Shown here: positions 17,907 through 32,619 of the stretch, piece by piece
How the letters are laid out: each line of letters begins with the position of its first letter
Position numbering within the stretch: position 1 is the first letter of the stretch
Assembly (NCBI RefSeq): GCF_009914755.1
Contig: NC_060936.1
Origin: the human T2T-CHM13v2.0 reference genome, Homo sapiens
DNA: 64,000 bases
Reading direction: 5' to 3' (one strand)
Made by a program: the position numbers and the translations under genes
The notes under the pieces: model-generated
The model's input: the letters and a program-made list of their open reading frames with translations, nothing else
The model's database searches: none
What the model was told of the DNA's origin: nothing

Positions 17907-20456
17907 GCGAGTGAATTCTCATGAGATGTGGTTGAAAGTGTGTGGTACTTCCCCCTTTACACTCTTTCTCTCTCCTGCTGCCATGTAATATGTCTCTTGC
18001 TTCCCTTCATCTTTCCACCATGAATGATAAGTTTCCTAAGGCCTTCCCAGACATGCCTCCTGTTTCAGGAATTATGCCACCCATGATTCAATCACCTTCC
18101 ACCAGGCCCCTCCCCTGACACGTGGGGATTACAATTTGAATGAGATTTGGTGGGGACACAGAGCCAAACCATATCAGAGGTGATTGGATCATGGGGGCAG
18201 ATTTCCCCTTGCTGTTCATGTAGTTGTGAGTTCTCACAAGAGCTGGTTGTTTAAAAGTGTGTAGCACTTCCCACTTTACTCTCTTTGTCTCTTGCCACCA
18301 TGTGAAGACACGTTTGCTTCCCCTTTGCCTTTCTGCCGTGATAGTAAGTTTCCTGAGGCTTTCCAAGCCATGCCTCCTGCACAGCCTGAAGAACTGTGAG
18401 TCAATTAAACCTCTTTTCTTCATAAATTACCCAGTACCAGGTAGTTCTTTTTAACAGTGTGAGAACAGACTAATATGGAAAATTTGTACCAGATAAGTGG
18501 GGCATTGCTATAAAGATACCTGAAAATGTGGGAGCAACGTTGGAACTGGGTAATGGGCAGAGGTTGGAATAGTTTGTAGGGCTCAGAAGACAGGAAGATG
18601 AGGGAAAGTTTTGAACTTCCTAGAGACTTGCTGAATGGCTGCGACCAAAATACTGATAGTGATATGGACAGTGAAGTTCAGTCTGAGGATGTCTCAGATG
18701 GACATGAATAACTTATTAGGAACTGGAGTAAAAGTTGCTTTTGCTGTGCTTTAGCAAAGAGATGGATGGCATTGTGCCCTTGCCCTAGGGATCTGTTGAA
18801 CTTTGAGCTTGAGAGAGATAATTTAGGGTATGTGGTGGAAGAAACTTCTAAGCAACAAAGCATTCAAGTTTCCACCTGGCTGCTTCTAACAGCATATGCT
18901 CATATGTGTTCACAAAGAAATGGTCTGAAATTAGAACTTATATTTAAAAGGGAAGTAGAGCATAAAAGTTTGAAAAACTTGCAGCCTGACCATGTGCTAA
19001 GAAAAACAACAACAACAACAACATTTTCTGGAGAGGAATTCAAGGCTGCAGAAATCTGTATAAGTAAAGAGAAGCCAAATTTTAATAGTCAAGACAATGG
19101 GGAACATGTTTCCAGGGCATTTCAGAGACCTTCACAGCAGTCCCTCCCTTCACAGGTCTGAAGGCCTAGGAGGGAAAAATGGTTTTGCAGGCCAGGCCCA
19201 GGGCCCCACGGCTCTGTGCAGCCTCAGGACATGGCATCCTGTGTCCCAGCTGCTCTATCTCCAGCCATGGCTAAAAGGGGTCAAGATACAGCTCAGGCCA
19301 TTGCTTCACATGGTGCAAGCCCCAAGCCTTGGCAGCTTCCATGTGGTGTTGGGCTTGTGGGTATGCAGATGCCAAGAGCTGAGGTTTGGGAGCCTCTGCC
19401 TAGATTTCAGAGGATGTACGGAAATGCCTGGATGTCCAGATAGAAGTCTGCTGGAGGGGCAGAGCCCTCATGGAGAACCTCTACAAGGGCAGTGCAGAGG
19501 AGAAATGTGGGGTTGGAGCCCCTAAACAGAGTCCCCACTGGGCACTGCCTAGTGGAGCTGTGAGAAGAGGGCTACTGTCCTCCAGTCCCCAGAAAGGTAG
19601 ATCCACCAACAGCTTGCACCATACACCTGGAAAAGCTGTAGACACTCAACACCAGCCCATGAAAGCAGCCACGGGGCAGAGCTGCCCAAGGCCTTGGGCA
19701 CCCCTTGCATCAGTGTGACCTGGATGTGAAACATGAAATCAAACAAGATTATTTTTGAGCTTTAATATTTAATGACTGCCCTGCTGGGTTTTGGACTTGC
19801 ATGGGGCCCCTTTGTTTTGGCCAATCTCTCCTTCTTGGAATTGGAGCATTTACCCAATGCCTGTACCACCTTTGTATCTTGGAAGTAATTAACTTATTTT
19901 TATTTTACAGGCTCATAGGTGGAAGGGAGTTGCCTTGTGTCAGACAAGACTTTGGACTTGAATTTTGAGTTAATGCTTGAATGAGTTAAGACTCTGGGGT
20001 ACTATTGGGAAGGCATGATTGGTTGTGAAATATGAGAAAGACATGAGATTTGGGAGGGGCCAGGGGTGGAATAATATGGTTTGTGACTGTGTCCTTACCC
20101 AAATCTCATGCTGAATTGTAAACCCCAATGTTGGGGGAAGGACCTAATGGGAGGTGACTGAATCATTGCTGGGGCAGATTTCCCCCTTGATGTTCTCATG
20201 ATAGTGAGTGAGTTCTCATAAGATCTGGTTGTTTAAAAATGTGGCACTTCCCCCCTCACTTGCTCTCTCCTGCCACCATGTGAAGACCTGCTTGCTTTCC
20301 CTTCGCCTTTCTGCCATGACTGTAAGTTTCCTGAGGCCTCCCCAGCAATGCCTCCTGTACAGCCTGTGGAACTGTGAGTCAATTAAACCTCTTTTTTTTC
20401 ACAAATTACCCAGTCTCAGGTAGTTCTTTATAGCAGTATGAGAATGGACTTATATA
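17907..20456 (+). mobile_element. MaLR MST provirus: rearranged 5' LTR (17907-18477), internal region (18478-20071), 3' LTR (20072-20456)
   Basis: Typical MST/THE1 LTR and internal sequence; purine tract GGGAGGGGCCAGGGGTGGAA before the 3' LTR. Confidence 0.9.
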
Positions 20457-21779
20457 ACAACACACAGAATGGGAGAAAATATTTGCAAACTACCCATCTT
20501 TATTATCCAAGGATTAATAAACAGAATATATAAGGAGCTCAAATAACCAAAGAAAAAATCTAATAATCTGATTTAAAAATGGGCAAAAAATCTGACTAGA
20601 CATTTCTCAAGACATACAAATGACAAACAGGTATATGAAAAATTGCTCAACATCACTGATCATCAGAAAAATGCAAATCAAAACTACAATGAGACATCAT
20701 CTCACCCCTGTTAAAATGGCTTTTATCTCAGACGGGAGATAACATGTTGGCAAGGATGTAGAGAAAGGGGACACTTGTACACTGTTGGTAGGAATATAAA
20801 TTAGTAAAACCACTATGGTCAACAGTTTGGAGGTTCCTCTGAAAACTAAAAATTGAGCTATCATATGATCCAACAATCCCATTGCTGGGTATATACCCAA
20901 AAGAAAGGAAATTAGTTTATCAAAGAGATATCTGCACTCCTATTTTTGTTACAGCACTATTTACAATAGCTAAAATTTAGAAGCAACCTAAGTGTCCATC
21001 AATAGATGAATGGATGAAGAAAATGTAATACATATATACAATGAAGTACTATTCAGCTACAAAAAAAAAAAATGAGATCCTGTCATTTGCAACAATATGC
21101 ATGGAACTGGAGATCATTATGTTAGGTGAAATAACCCAGGTACAGAATGAAAGACAAACATTGCATGTGCTCATTTATTTATGGGATCTAAAAATCAAAA
21201 CAATTGAACTCATGGACATACAGAATAGAAGGATGGTAACCAGAGGCTGGGAAGGGTAATGAGAGTTTGGGGGTCAAAAGTGGATAAGTTAATGGGTACA
21301 AAAACATAGAAAGAATGAATAAGACCTACTATTTGACTAGGGTGACTATATAGTCAATAATAATTGTATATTTATAAATAGCTAAAAGAATGTAATCAGA
21401 TTTTTTTAACACACAGCATGAACGCTTGAAGGAATGGATATCCATTCTCTCCATGATGTGATTATTTCACATATTGCATGTCTACATCAAAACATCTCAT
21501 GTACCCCATAAATATATACACCTACTATGTACACACAAAAATTAAAAATGTTAAAATGTTAAAAAATCAAAATGAAGACTTTGAAATATGGATTAAATCC
21601 ACTAATAATAATATAAGGCCTTTATGCATGGCAAGATATTAAAAAACTCATTTCATGGTTTAAAATTGTATGTTTGTGTTCATAGTGTCAACATAAGTTT
21701 TAATAAAATAATGTTTAAATTTACATGTATTATGGCTGCATGTTTTCAAATGTTATACTGATACAGGTATTTTAATTAA

Positions 21780-22262
<483 letters not shown>

Positions 22263-23370
22263 TAGAAGTGAGTATTTTTTAAAGTTTGGGACCACTGGGC
22301 TAAACTATGGCCTGTAGCATATTGGAATGCAAATCATGTCCCTGTGGATATTATGGCATTGACTTATTGGCGTAAACTGGAATGATAGCAAGTGTAAAAT
22401 ATTTATGGATTTGCATTTGTCTTCCCTAACCATGATGACTTTATATATGGTCGTCTAATAAGTAGAATATGTCAGACATTCTTTGAGATGTCTGTCTAGC
22501 TCAAAGCTACCATCTTTCACTGAGAATTCTCCACCATTTCCTGACTTACAGGGTAGGATTTGTCAGCCATGTTTTTACTCTGGACTCCATTCCCTTTAAA
22601 AACCTTGATTGGCATGGGAGTAGAATCTCATAAAAATTGGGTTAAACAGTTCCTTTTTCCTTAGATTTTTTCTTCCAGCACAGAAAACCTTACTTTGGCA
22701 TTCCTTAGATTTTGTAATTGAAACTAAGACTGCTGAATATTTGCTTAAATGGTGGTTGTTTGAACCCTGGAACTTGCATTGAGGTTGCATTGTTGCATTG
22801 CCATGCACATGGAAAAGGAGAGAAAGCTCTTCTGTACAGAGAAAAAGCAGACATACAGAGAACCTTAGAACATTACTGCTTTCCAACCTCTTTCCTGCTC
22901 ATCTTAAATATTTGAGTTTACATTATTTTAATTGCTGGAAGTGGGCCACAGCCAGAATATATAACACATAACAATCCCAATGGAATTCCAGATATGGGAA
23001 TTATCAAAGACCCCAGATTGTAAACCAATGATGCCTACTATATTCAAAGAGATAAAAGCCAAAACTGACAATTTTGGGAAATAATTAGATGCCATAAAAA
23101 CGAACCTAAGAGATTTTTAAAAGAATCAAGTAGAAATTCTAGAATCTAAAATTACAAAAAACACAAAATTAATGTCTCAGTAGATGAGATTAACACCATA
23201 GGAGGGAGAATTAGTAAACTAGAAAATATATCAGAAAAAAAGCTACCTACAATGAAGCATGGAGAAAGGAAAGGATGGAAAACTTTTAAAAAGAGGGTAA
23301 GAGAAATAGTGGATAGAATAAAAAGATCTAAAATACACACACATACATATGTATAGGTACATTTGATACT

Positions 23371-23828
23371 AAAATATATATAGCATATATATTATATATT
23401 AAAATATATATAGCATATATATTATATATTAAAATATATATAGCATATATATTATATATTAAAATATATATAGCATATATATTATATATTAAAATATATA
23501 TAGCATATATATTATATATTAAAATATATATAGCATATATATTATATATTAAAATATATATAGCATATATATTAAAATATATATAGCATATATATATTAA
23601 AATATATATAGCATATATATTATATATTAAAATATATAGCATATATATTATATATTAAAATATATATAGCATATATATTATATATTAAAATAGATATAGC
23701 ATATATAATATATTAATATATATAGCATATATAATATATATTTCATATATATAGCATATATATTATATATTTAAAAATATATAGCATATATATTATATAT
23801 TAAAATATATATAGCATATATATATATA
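23371..23828. repeat. 30-bp AT-rich minisatellite (AAAATATATATAGCATATATATTATATATT)
   Basis: Five perfect copies at 23371-23520, then degenerate copies up to an Alu tail. Confidence 0.97.
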
Positions 23829-24119
<291 letters not shown>

Positions 24120-24434
24120 ACATATATTTAATTGGAGTCAGGGAAGGAGAGAAGAGAGTGGAGGCAGAAACAATATTTGAAGAGGTAATGGTTGAGAATT
24201 TTCCAGAACTCATGCAACACATTAATCTATATATTCAAGAGGTTCAGTGAATCCCAAGCATCACAAATAACAAGAAATACACTTCCAAGCACACATGGTA
24301 AGAAAACAGAGAACTAAAATCTAAGAAAAATCTTAGCAACCAGAAAAAAAAGGACCAATTAACTTCAAAGAGGCAATAGTCAATTGACAGCTGACTTTTT
24401 ACAGACAACGATAGAAGTCAGAGCCTTGAAATAA

Positions 24435-24736
24435 TTTTTTTTTTTTTTTTGGAGGGTCAGGGTCTCACTCTGTCACCCAGGCTGGAGTGCAGTGGTGCAA
24501 TTATGGCTCACTGCAGCCTCAACCTCCCAGTCTCAAGTGATCCTCCCACCTCAGCCTCTTGAGTAGCTGGGACTACATGTGCACGCCATTATGCCTGGCT
24601 AATTTTTTAATTTTTTTGTAGAGACAAGGTATCCCTATGTTGCCCAGGCTGGTCTCAAACTCCTGGGCTCAAGCAATTTTCCCTCCTCGGCATCCCAAAG
24701 TTCTGAGATTACAGGCATGAGCCACCATGCTGGCTG
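24435..24736 (-). mobile_element. Alu (J-like)
   Basis: Alu consensus similarity. Confidence 0.9.
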
Positions 24737-25322
24737 GAATGGTTTTTAATTGTATTGAAAGAAGATAAACTGCAATAGAAATCCTTGCATCTTCTCTGAT
24801 TCTATTGCTTCCCTCTTTCACTTCTAAAGACCCTTGCAAATTACTTTGAGCCTACCGGACAATCAAGGTATCCCTATCCCTACCTCAAGATCCTTAACTT
24901 AATCATATCTGCAAGGGTAACATATTCACAGATTTCAGGGATCAGAATATGAACATCTATGGTGGGCCATTATTCTACCACACCACCAATCTAGAAAATA
25001 CTCTCACCTTTAAACGTCAGTGTCTCTTTTCTTCTATAATGCCCCAAGAAAGAAAGTGAATCAGTATTTAAATACTGATTCTTGGAACAGGACAGGACAC
25101 TTTGCATATTAACTCATATTAACTCATTTAAAGTATCACCAACCTTCAACCTTGGTGAGGTAGATATTATTGCTTGGATTTTAAAGATTCTGAGATTGAA
25201 TATGAGAGTTGAAAACTTGACTGAGGTCATCTAGCTGATAAAATGTCTGATTAGAAATGGGTACCCAGATCACCAGACTGGCCTCCAGGACTGCAACCAT
25301 GCTTTTTCCACCATACCAAGTG

Positions 25323-25648
25323 CAGATTGAGTCTTTTTTATGCAAAAATGCTTGGATTTGAGGGGATTTTGGAATATTTGCATATACATAAATTATCCAG
25401 GAGATGGGACCCAAGCCTAAACGAAATTCATTTATGTTTCACATATACCTTATACACACAGCCTGAAGATTATTTCATACAATACTTTTAGTTATTTTGT
25501 GCATGAAAAAAGTTTTGATTGCATTTTTGACTGCGACCTGGCAAATAAGATCAGGTGTGGAATTTTCCACTTGTGGCATCATGTCAGTGCGCAAAAAGTT
25601 TCAGATTTTGGAGCATTTCAAATTTTTGGATTAGAGATGCCCAACCTT
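25323..25648. mobile_element. Tigger4/MER46-like DNA transposon
   Basis: Degenerate TIRs CAGATTGAG... / ...AGAGATGCCCAACCT; characteristic internal sequence. Confidence 0.7.
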
Positions 25649-25809
25649 ACAGATGTTGTTTGGGTTATTCTATGAATGATTTCTGGCCAGTTTCTCAGGA
25701 AACACGCTCTACTACAGTATATTTTTTAATGAGTGAAAAAGAAATTAAGAATGGAGGGGAAAGTTTCAAACTGGAGAGACATCTTTGAGTAAAGTATCGT
25801 GGCTGAATG

Positions 25810-25950
25810 TTCCTACCTTTATTGACCATGTGACCTGGTTAAATCACTTAGGTTCTATTAGGCCTCAGTCTTCTCTTCTGTAAAATGAGATGTTTAGACC
25901 TAAGGACACCTTTCCAGTTCCCTTCCCGTTGGGACATTCTAGGATTCTGA
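25810..25950 (+). mobile_element. MIR
   Basis: GCCTCAGTCTTCTCTTCTGTAAAATGAG core. Confidence 0.6.
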
Positions 25951-26693
25951 GAGAGAAGCCCCCCTGGCCTCAAGATACCTCCACTCTCTTGGGTGTGCTC
26001 TAAGATGACTGCATTCATGTTAGAAGCATCTGAACTACGCCAGAGACAACCTACTGTAGATCTAAGGAAGAAAAAATGAATGGCAATGAATGCGAGAGGA
26101 AGGTGGGGGGGAAAGAAGCCCACGAAGATTAGAGATGGAAATGGCAACATAAACAGCATGCAAAGATAACCACTGACGGGTATCTAGCGTTTACGATGCA
26201 AATAAAACTCTGCTGGTCTCTGAGGATGCAGAAACAAGACATTGTTTTTGGTCTTAAGCCGTTCACAGAATGCCCGGGGGTTACACTTTGCATTTAAGCA
26301 CGGACATATAACTTCCACCTTTAAAAGTCCTGGATGTGAGAAAGATAAGAACAACGGATAAATGAAAATATTAACAAAACGTCTGAGTATGCCAGAGGCC
26401 ACGTGAAAAGACGGTGTGTGGAAACAGGTGGGACCCACTGCTAAGCTGGATGCGCGAGTAGGACAAAAAAATTGGCCCCCACTCCCGGGCCTCACCCAGA
26501 CACAAAAGAAACGTCCTCTGCCCTCAGAGGCGCAGCCTTTCCTCAGCCAGCAGAGCGGCTGGGCTGCAGAGTCCCCGCCCCCGGCCGGCCCCTGTCGCCC
26601 GCGCCTCCCTCCCTCGGGCCTCGGAAGTGACGCAAGCGCCCCCCCACCGCCGCTAGATCCGCTGCTGCTGCCGCGGCGGGCGGACCTGCAGGA

Positions 26694-26714
26694 GGCGGCG
26701 GCGGCGGCGGCGGC
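26694..26714 (+). repeat. (GGC)7 in the 5'UTR
   Basis: Counted directly; ends 15 nt before the ATG. Confidence 0.95.
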
Positions 26715-26729
26715 CGAGGCTGAAGGAAG

Positions 26730-26789
26730 ATGGCGGACGGCGTGGACCACATAGACATTTACGCGGATGTCGGCGAAGAGTTCAACCAG
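26730..26789 (+). CDS. CPSF6: CPSF6 coding exon 1 (MADGVDHIDIYADVGEEFNQ)
   Basis: Strong Kozak AAGATGG; recognisable CFIm68 N-terminus; donor CAG|GTACGT; 60 nt, phase 0. Confidence 0.98.
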
Positions 26790-29700
26790 GTACGTGAGAG
26801 CCCAGGTCCCCGCCGCCGACGCGGGCGGCGCTGCGGCCGGGAAGCTGACCCGGGGCCCGCTGCGGCCGCGAGCCGAAGCGACTGCAGAGTGTGCGCCCTT
26901 GCCGCCTCTGGGCCGCGCCGCCGACCCCTGGCGTGGCGCCCCCCCGCCCCTCGTTCTACCGCGTCGTTTCACGGGCCGCGGGCGCGGCGAGTCGCCGCGG
27001 GGCCCGGAGCGCGGACGCGGGCCGCTGTGCAGCTGCCGCCGGCTCCTCCCTCGCCGGCGCTGCCTCGCTCCCTATTGTTGGCGGCACCCGGCTGGCGCTT
27101 CCCGCCGCGCTAGGCCCGGGCGGTGGGGCCGCGTGTAAGCGGCGGAGAGAACTGGCCGCCGCCGCGCCCCCTCCCCCGTCGCTGGTCGGAGGAGGAAGCC
27201 CTGGCGGGGCGCGTGCCCGCCGCCGCCGCCCCTTCCCCGCCGCTGCCGCTCGGGCTCCGATTCCTCCCATCGCTCCATTTTGTCTCCCTGCCCGCGCACT
27301 GTCGCCTCATGGAAGGCCGCGTTCACGGCCCTTTGTATCCCGCGCGCCCAGTCCCCGGGGCTCTCCTTCTCGGGTTTGCGACAGGTTTCGGCGTGGCGCC
27401 TTCCTCCTCCCCTCACACTTTCTGAAGGCGACTGAGGTGCGGGCTCATTTGCAACAAGTCCTTTGACTTTTGGAGCCACAGATAAAAGTCGGTGCGCTGG
27501 TCCTGCCTCATTAATCCAGGGCTTGCAGTGCTTTGAAGCCCAGTCGTTGTTGGCCTTTGTGATGAAAATACCTGTGAAGATGAGTGGCCGGGGACCAAAA
27601 GGAAGAATTGGAAGCGCGATGGTTGGATGGAACAAAAAGATGTTAGCTCACCCACAGATCTCATAGTGATTAAAATGAAAGAACGTTCACCCCAAATCCT
27701 TATGATGTGGTTTAAAAATAAAGAGTTATAGATAAGACCCTATTTTCGAAAACAAAGTGTTAAATCCCCCCACCCCCACCCCCGGGCCCCGTGTTACCTT
27801 TTGAAAGGTTGAGCGAAAGTGAGAATGCAAGGTTTTCCTGAACGACGTTGCTTAGAGGTAACGCGGGGCTGTGATGTCTGTTAATGGGCATCCTTGCAAA
27901 AGATGTCGTTTGTTGCTAGTGACGTTTAAGGTTTGAACCTGCTGTTCGTATCTACTGCATTTTATGTAGTAACACATTTAAAACAATTAAATTGTGCTTA
28001 ACTGCAATGTTCCTAAAAGCCTTATTTTTTTGTATTTCCCAGGTCCCTATGAGAAGTTTAATGAAATATTACTGGCTAATGTGGTTTTCCCACCTCCATT
28101 AACCATCATATTCGTGACTAGTTGCTCAGGCTTTTTAAAAAACAAGGAAACTCAAGAGATCTTTACTGTTTTATTTTTCAGGAATGACTTTGTGCCTCTG
28201 GTTTAAATATTAGAAAACAGAAAAATACCAGTTGGCTTTAAATGTTTGCTATTCAGTTAAAGACTGGATTTGTTTAAATGTAATACATTGTAATCAAAGG
28301 TTAAGTTTTTAAATCTTTGTGTTTTTAAAATTGTGCTTATGTTTTAAATAATAATACTTGAGTTGTGTCCATTACAAATCAGATACATTCCTCGAGTGCA
28401 ACACAGGTTCTAACGCTTATAAGACCTCTAGGAAATTTTTTTCCTTTTATTTATCAAATGAATATAACTGCGTTTAAAAGAGGGCTGTAACTGCAAGGAA
28501 CAACGATTGAGTGTTCAAGACTGCCTTTATTAGCTTTACTTACAAGATAATACATTGGTTCACCTTTCTATGCACAATAAAAGAAGAATTGGGTCTCAAT
28601 TTTAGAAGTTAAGCTTTTTTCAGTACCTCTTAATGAAATATTTTTAGGCTTTTGCATACTTAATTTGAGAGGGACATCTCCCTTATCCGGATAGCTGGGT
28701 GGATTCTTATCCCTGTGCAGTAGCAAGTGCTGACTGGGCAGGAGGTAAAAAGAGATTAGTTTTGTGGACCCAATGAGGGACTCCTTTTAAATGTAAGTTT
28801 TCAATGATTTGTATAAGGTACCTACTGCATTACGTCTAACACAGTTGTATAATTTTACCAGTAAAATCTTTATATGTTTGAATAGATTAATGGCGAGGAT
28901 AAATAGAGGCATTGTTTTTGCTACTTTGCATATCATTGGCCAATCAATGATTGATTGATTTGTATATCCTTTTACATTACCGCTTCTTGCTGTGGTAGTT
29001 TCTGTACCAAAAAAAAAAAAAAGGTCACAAAAGGATAGTTGGTTATTTTCAGAGCTTATCTTGTTTTTAAAAATATGTTACTGTCATTGAAATATTTTTC
29101 CAAAATCTTACCAGAATTAGAGGCAACCACAAAATAATTTACAACTGATTTAATCTTTACTAGCTGGCGACCTTATTTCTACTAGTTGCTATAGTAGACT
29201 AGAACTCTTGTTTTATTGTCGTTGAGTAAAATACTAAATAGTAGCCAGTTTTGACTTACTTTGGCTTCAAAGCTGTTGTAAACATTAAAAAAAAAAATCT
29301 TTGTTTTCCAGTGTAAACTGCAGTTCTCATTGGATTTGTATACTTTGAAATTCGGGATAGTCTTTATTTCCATTTTCTACTATTTTTTGTCTGTATCCTG
29401 CTGAGTCTTCTATTTTAAATGTCATACTTTTATGAAGCTTTTTTGTATTTTGGTAAGGCACAGTATTATTTCAAAAAGTGATTTGCATCTATTGAAGTAG
29501 AAAAAAGTGAGGCATTCAACAGTCTTAGCAGAAACTAATTTGGGGATAGATTGAGAATAATAAATTAGTGAAGCTCTAATAGAGTGCCTTTCTTCACCAG
29601 GTGAACTTAAGAATGGATAATGAAGGGGGGAGGAGGCACAAGGGACTGGCTACTCCTTATGGGTTCTCTTTAGTTCTTAGAGGTCTTTGGATGTCACCAA

Positions 29701-29894
29701 GCTGAGAACAGCTGGAAGGGGAATTTGAACATCTTCCAAACCTCTCTATTACTTGAAGTTGAGAAGAAAGTGATTCTGTCTCACAGTAGCATATCAATTC
29801 AGTTTAAACTGCATTTATACTCAAGTGTAGTAATTACTAGCCCAATATTTAGTAATTGTAGATTTTAAAATTCTGGCCAAAACTAAATAATTTA

Positions 29895-30197
<303 letters not shown>

Positions 30198-30307
30198 TCA
30201 AAATACATTTGTTGAGTGTCTGTTATGTGCCAACAACGAGGGATACAAAGTTTAGGTAGTCTCTACCCTTAGAGTACACTGTAGGGGAGCTGAGAGATAC
30301 CTACATA

Positions 30308-32619
30308 CAGTAGTGCACACGTATCCACAGTTCCACTTTCTGTGGTTTCAGTTACCCGTGGTTCTGAGGTCTGAAAATATTACATACAATAAGGTAGTTT
30401 GAGAGATACTATATTTAGCTAACTTTTATGACAGTAAACTGTTCTACAATCATGTGTCGCTTCACGATGGCGGTATGTTCTGAGAAGTCCATCTTAGGTG
30501 CTTTTGTCATTTGTGATCATAGAGTGCTTTTGCATTTCAAACCTGGAAGGTACAGCCTACTACACATGTAGGCTATATGGTGTAGCCTGTTGCTCCTAGG
30601 CTACAAACTTGTACAACATATTACTGTACTGAATACTGTAGGCAGTTGTAACACAGTGGTATTTGTGTATCTAATATATCTAAACAGAAAAGGTAAGTGA
30701 AAATCTTGATATAAAAGATAAAAAGTGGCACACTTGTGTAGGGCACTCATGAAAGGAACCTGCATGATTGGAAGTTGCTCTGGGAGAGTCAGCAAGTGAG
30801 TGGTGGGTGAATGTGAAGATCTGGGACATGCTGCTGTAGACTTCATAAACACTGTACAGTACACTCAGGCTACACTAAATTTATTTAAACTTTTTTCTTC
30901 AATAATACATGAGCTTACTGTAATGTTTTCACTTGATTGATTATTTTCTCACTGTCATCCAGTCTGGAGTGCGGTGGTGCAGTTGTGGCTCACTGCAGCC
31001 TTTATCTCCCAGGCTCAAGCAGTCCTCCTGTCTTAGTCTCCAGAGCAGCTGAGACTACAGGCATGTGCCACCATGCCTGGCTAATTTCAAATTTTTTTTG
31101 TAGGGATGAGGTCCCAGCTAGTCTCCAGCTCCTGGGCTCAAGCTGTCTTCCTGCTTTGACCTACCAGTGTTGGGATTACAGGCGTGAGCCACTGTGACTG
31201 GCCCGTTTTTACTTTATAAATTTGGACTCTTCAATAATAACAGTTTAAAATACAAACACATTGTGTAACTATATAAAATATTTTCTTTATATCCTTATAC
31301 TGTAAACTTACTTCTTTTTTTTGTTTTGTTTTGTTTTGAGATGGAGTCTCGCTTTGTCACCCAGGCTGAAGTGCAGTGGCGCGATCTTGGCTCACCGCAA
31401 CCTCTGCCTCCTGGGTTCAAGCAGTTCTCCTGCCTCAGCTGGGATTACAGGCACTCACCACCATGCCTGCCTAATTATTGTATTTTTAGTAAGAGACGAG
31501 GTTTCACATGTTGGCCAGGCTGGTCTCGAACTCGTGACCTCAAGTGATCCTCTTGCCTTGGCTTCCCAAAGCGCTGGGATTACAGGCATGAGTCACCACA
31601 CCGGGCCTAAACTTTTTTCTATTAAATTTTTTTTTTTAACTTTTAAAATTAATTTTATTTTAGAAGAGACAAGGTCTTACTGTGTTGCACAGGTCTCAAA
31701 CTCCTGGCCTCATGTGATCCTCTTGCCTCAGCCTCCCAAAGGAGGCTGGAATTACAGGCATGAACGACTGAACCTGGTCTTTTTTTTTTAAGCTTTTTTT
31801 AAAAACTAAGATATACACACATTAACCTAGGCCTGCACAGGGTCAGGATTATCAATATCACTGTCTTCCATCTCTGCATCTTGTCCCACTGGAAAGGTCT
31901 TCAGGGGCAGTACGATGCATGGGCTGTCATCTCCTAGGATAACTGCCTTCTTCTGTAATACGTGGTGAAGGACTGACTTGCCTGAGGCTGTTTTACAGTT
32001 AACTTTTTGAAGTAGGAAGAGTACACTCTAACATAATGATTAAAAGTATGGTATAGTTGGCCTTGGTGTGGTGGTTCACACCTGTAATCCCAGTGCTTTG
32101 AGAGCCTGAGGCGGCAGATTGCTTGAGGCCAGGAGTTCGAGACCAGCTTGGCCAACATGTCGAAACTCCGTCTCTATTTAAAAAAAAAAAAAAAAGTGTA
32201 AAAACAAAAAAGTATAGTATAATAAATACATAAACCAGTAACACAGTCGCTTATTGTCAAGTATTGTGTACTGTACATAATTGTATGTGCTATTCTTTTA
32301 TATGACTGAGAGCACAGTAGGTTTGTTCACACCAGCATTACGAGCCCAAACGTGAGGAATGCATTGGGCTAAGATCGCTAAACAATAGTAATTTTTCAGC
32401 TCCATTATAATCTGACCACCTGGACCAAAACATTGTCATGCATGACTAAATTGTTCTCTTTTATTAGTTATTTTTTACAGTGCCTACTTTATAAATTAAA
32501 CTTTATCATAGGTATGTATAAAGAAAAACATAGTATATGTAGGGTTCCTTGCTTTCCGTGGCTTTAGGCATCCACTGGGGGTCTTGGAACATATCCCTCT
32601 CAGATAAGAGGGGACTACT
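30308..32619. mobile_element. MER44/Tigger7-like element split by a Tigger3-like element (~30447-32448), itself carrying Alus
   Basis: MER44-like ends CAGTAGT..GGTTTCAGTTACCCG and GGCATCCACTGGGGGTCTTGGAAC..GGGGACTACT; Tigger3-like ends CAATCATG / CATGACT. Confidence 0.75.
30945..31778 (-). mobile_element. Antisense Alus inside the Tigger3-like element (~30945-31203, 31311-31607, 31640-31778)
   Basis: Alu consensus similarity. Confidence 0.85.

Larger units (their letters stand above)
26480..27430. promoter_or_regulatory. CPSF6: CpG island / TATA-less promoter and exon 1 of CPSF6
   Basis: Abrupt switch to very GC- and CpG-rich sequence. Contains a GC box (CCCCGCCCC ~26573-26582) and CGGAAGTGACGCA (26622-26634); a CACGTG lies just upstream at 26400-26405. 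TSS inferred near 26640. Confidence 0.92.

Noticed and set aside
26184-27666. Long overlapping ORFs on both strands (up to 262 aa) around exon 1
   Set aside because: Expected in a GC-rich CpG island with few stops; low-complexity Ala/Arg/Pro/Gly translations with no family resemblance.
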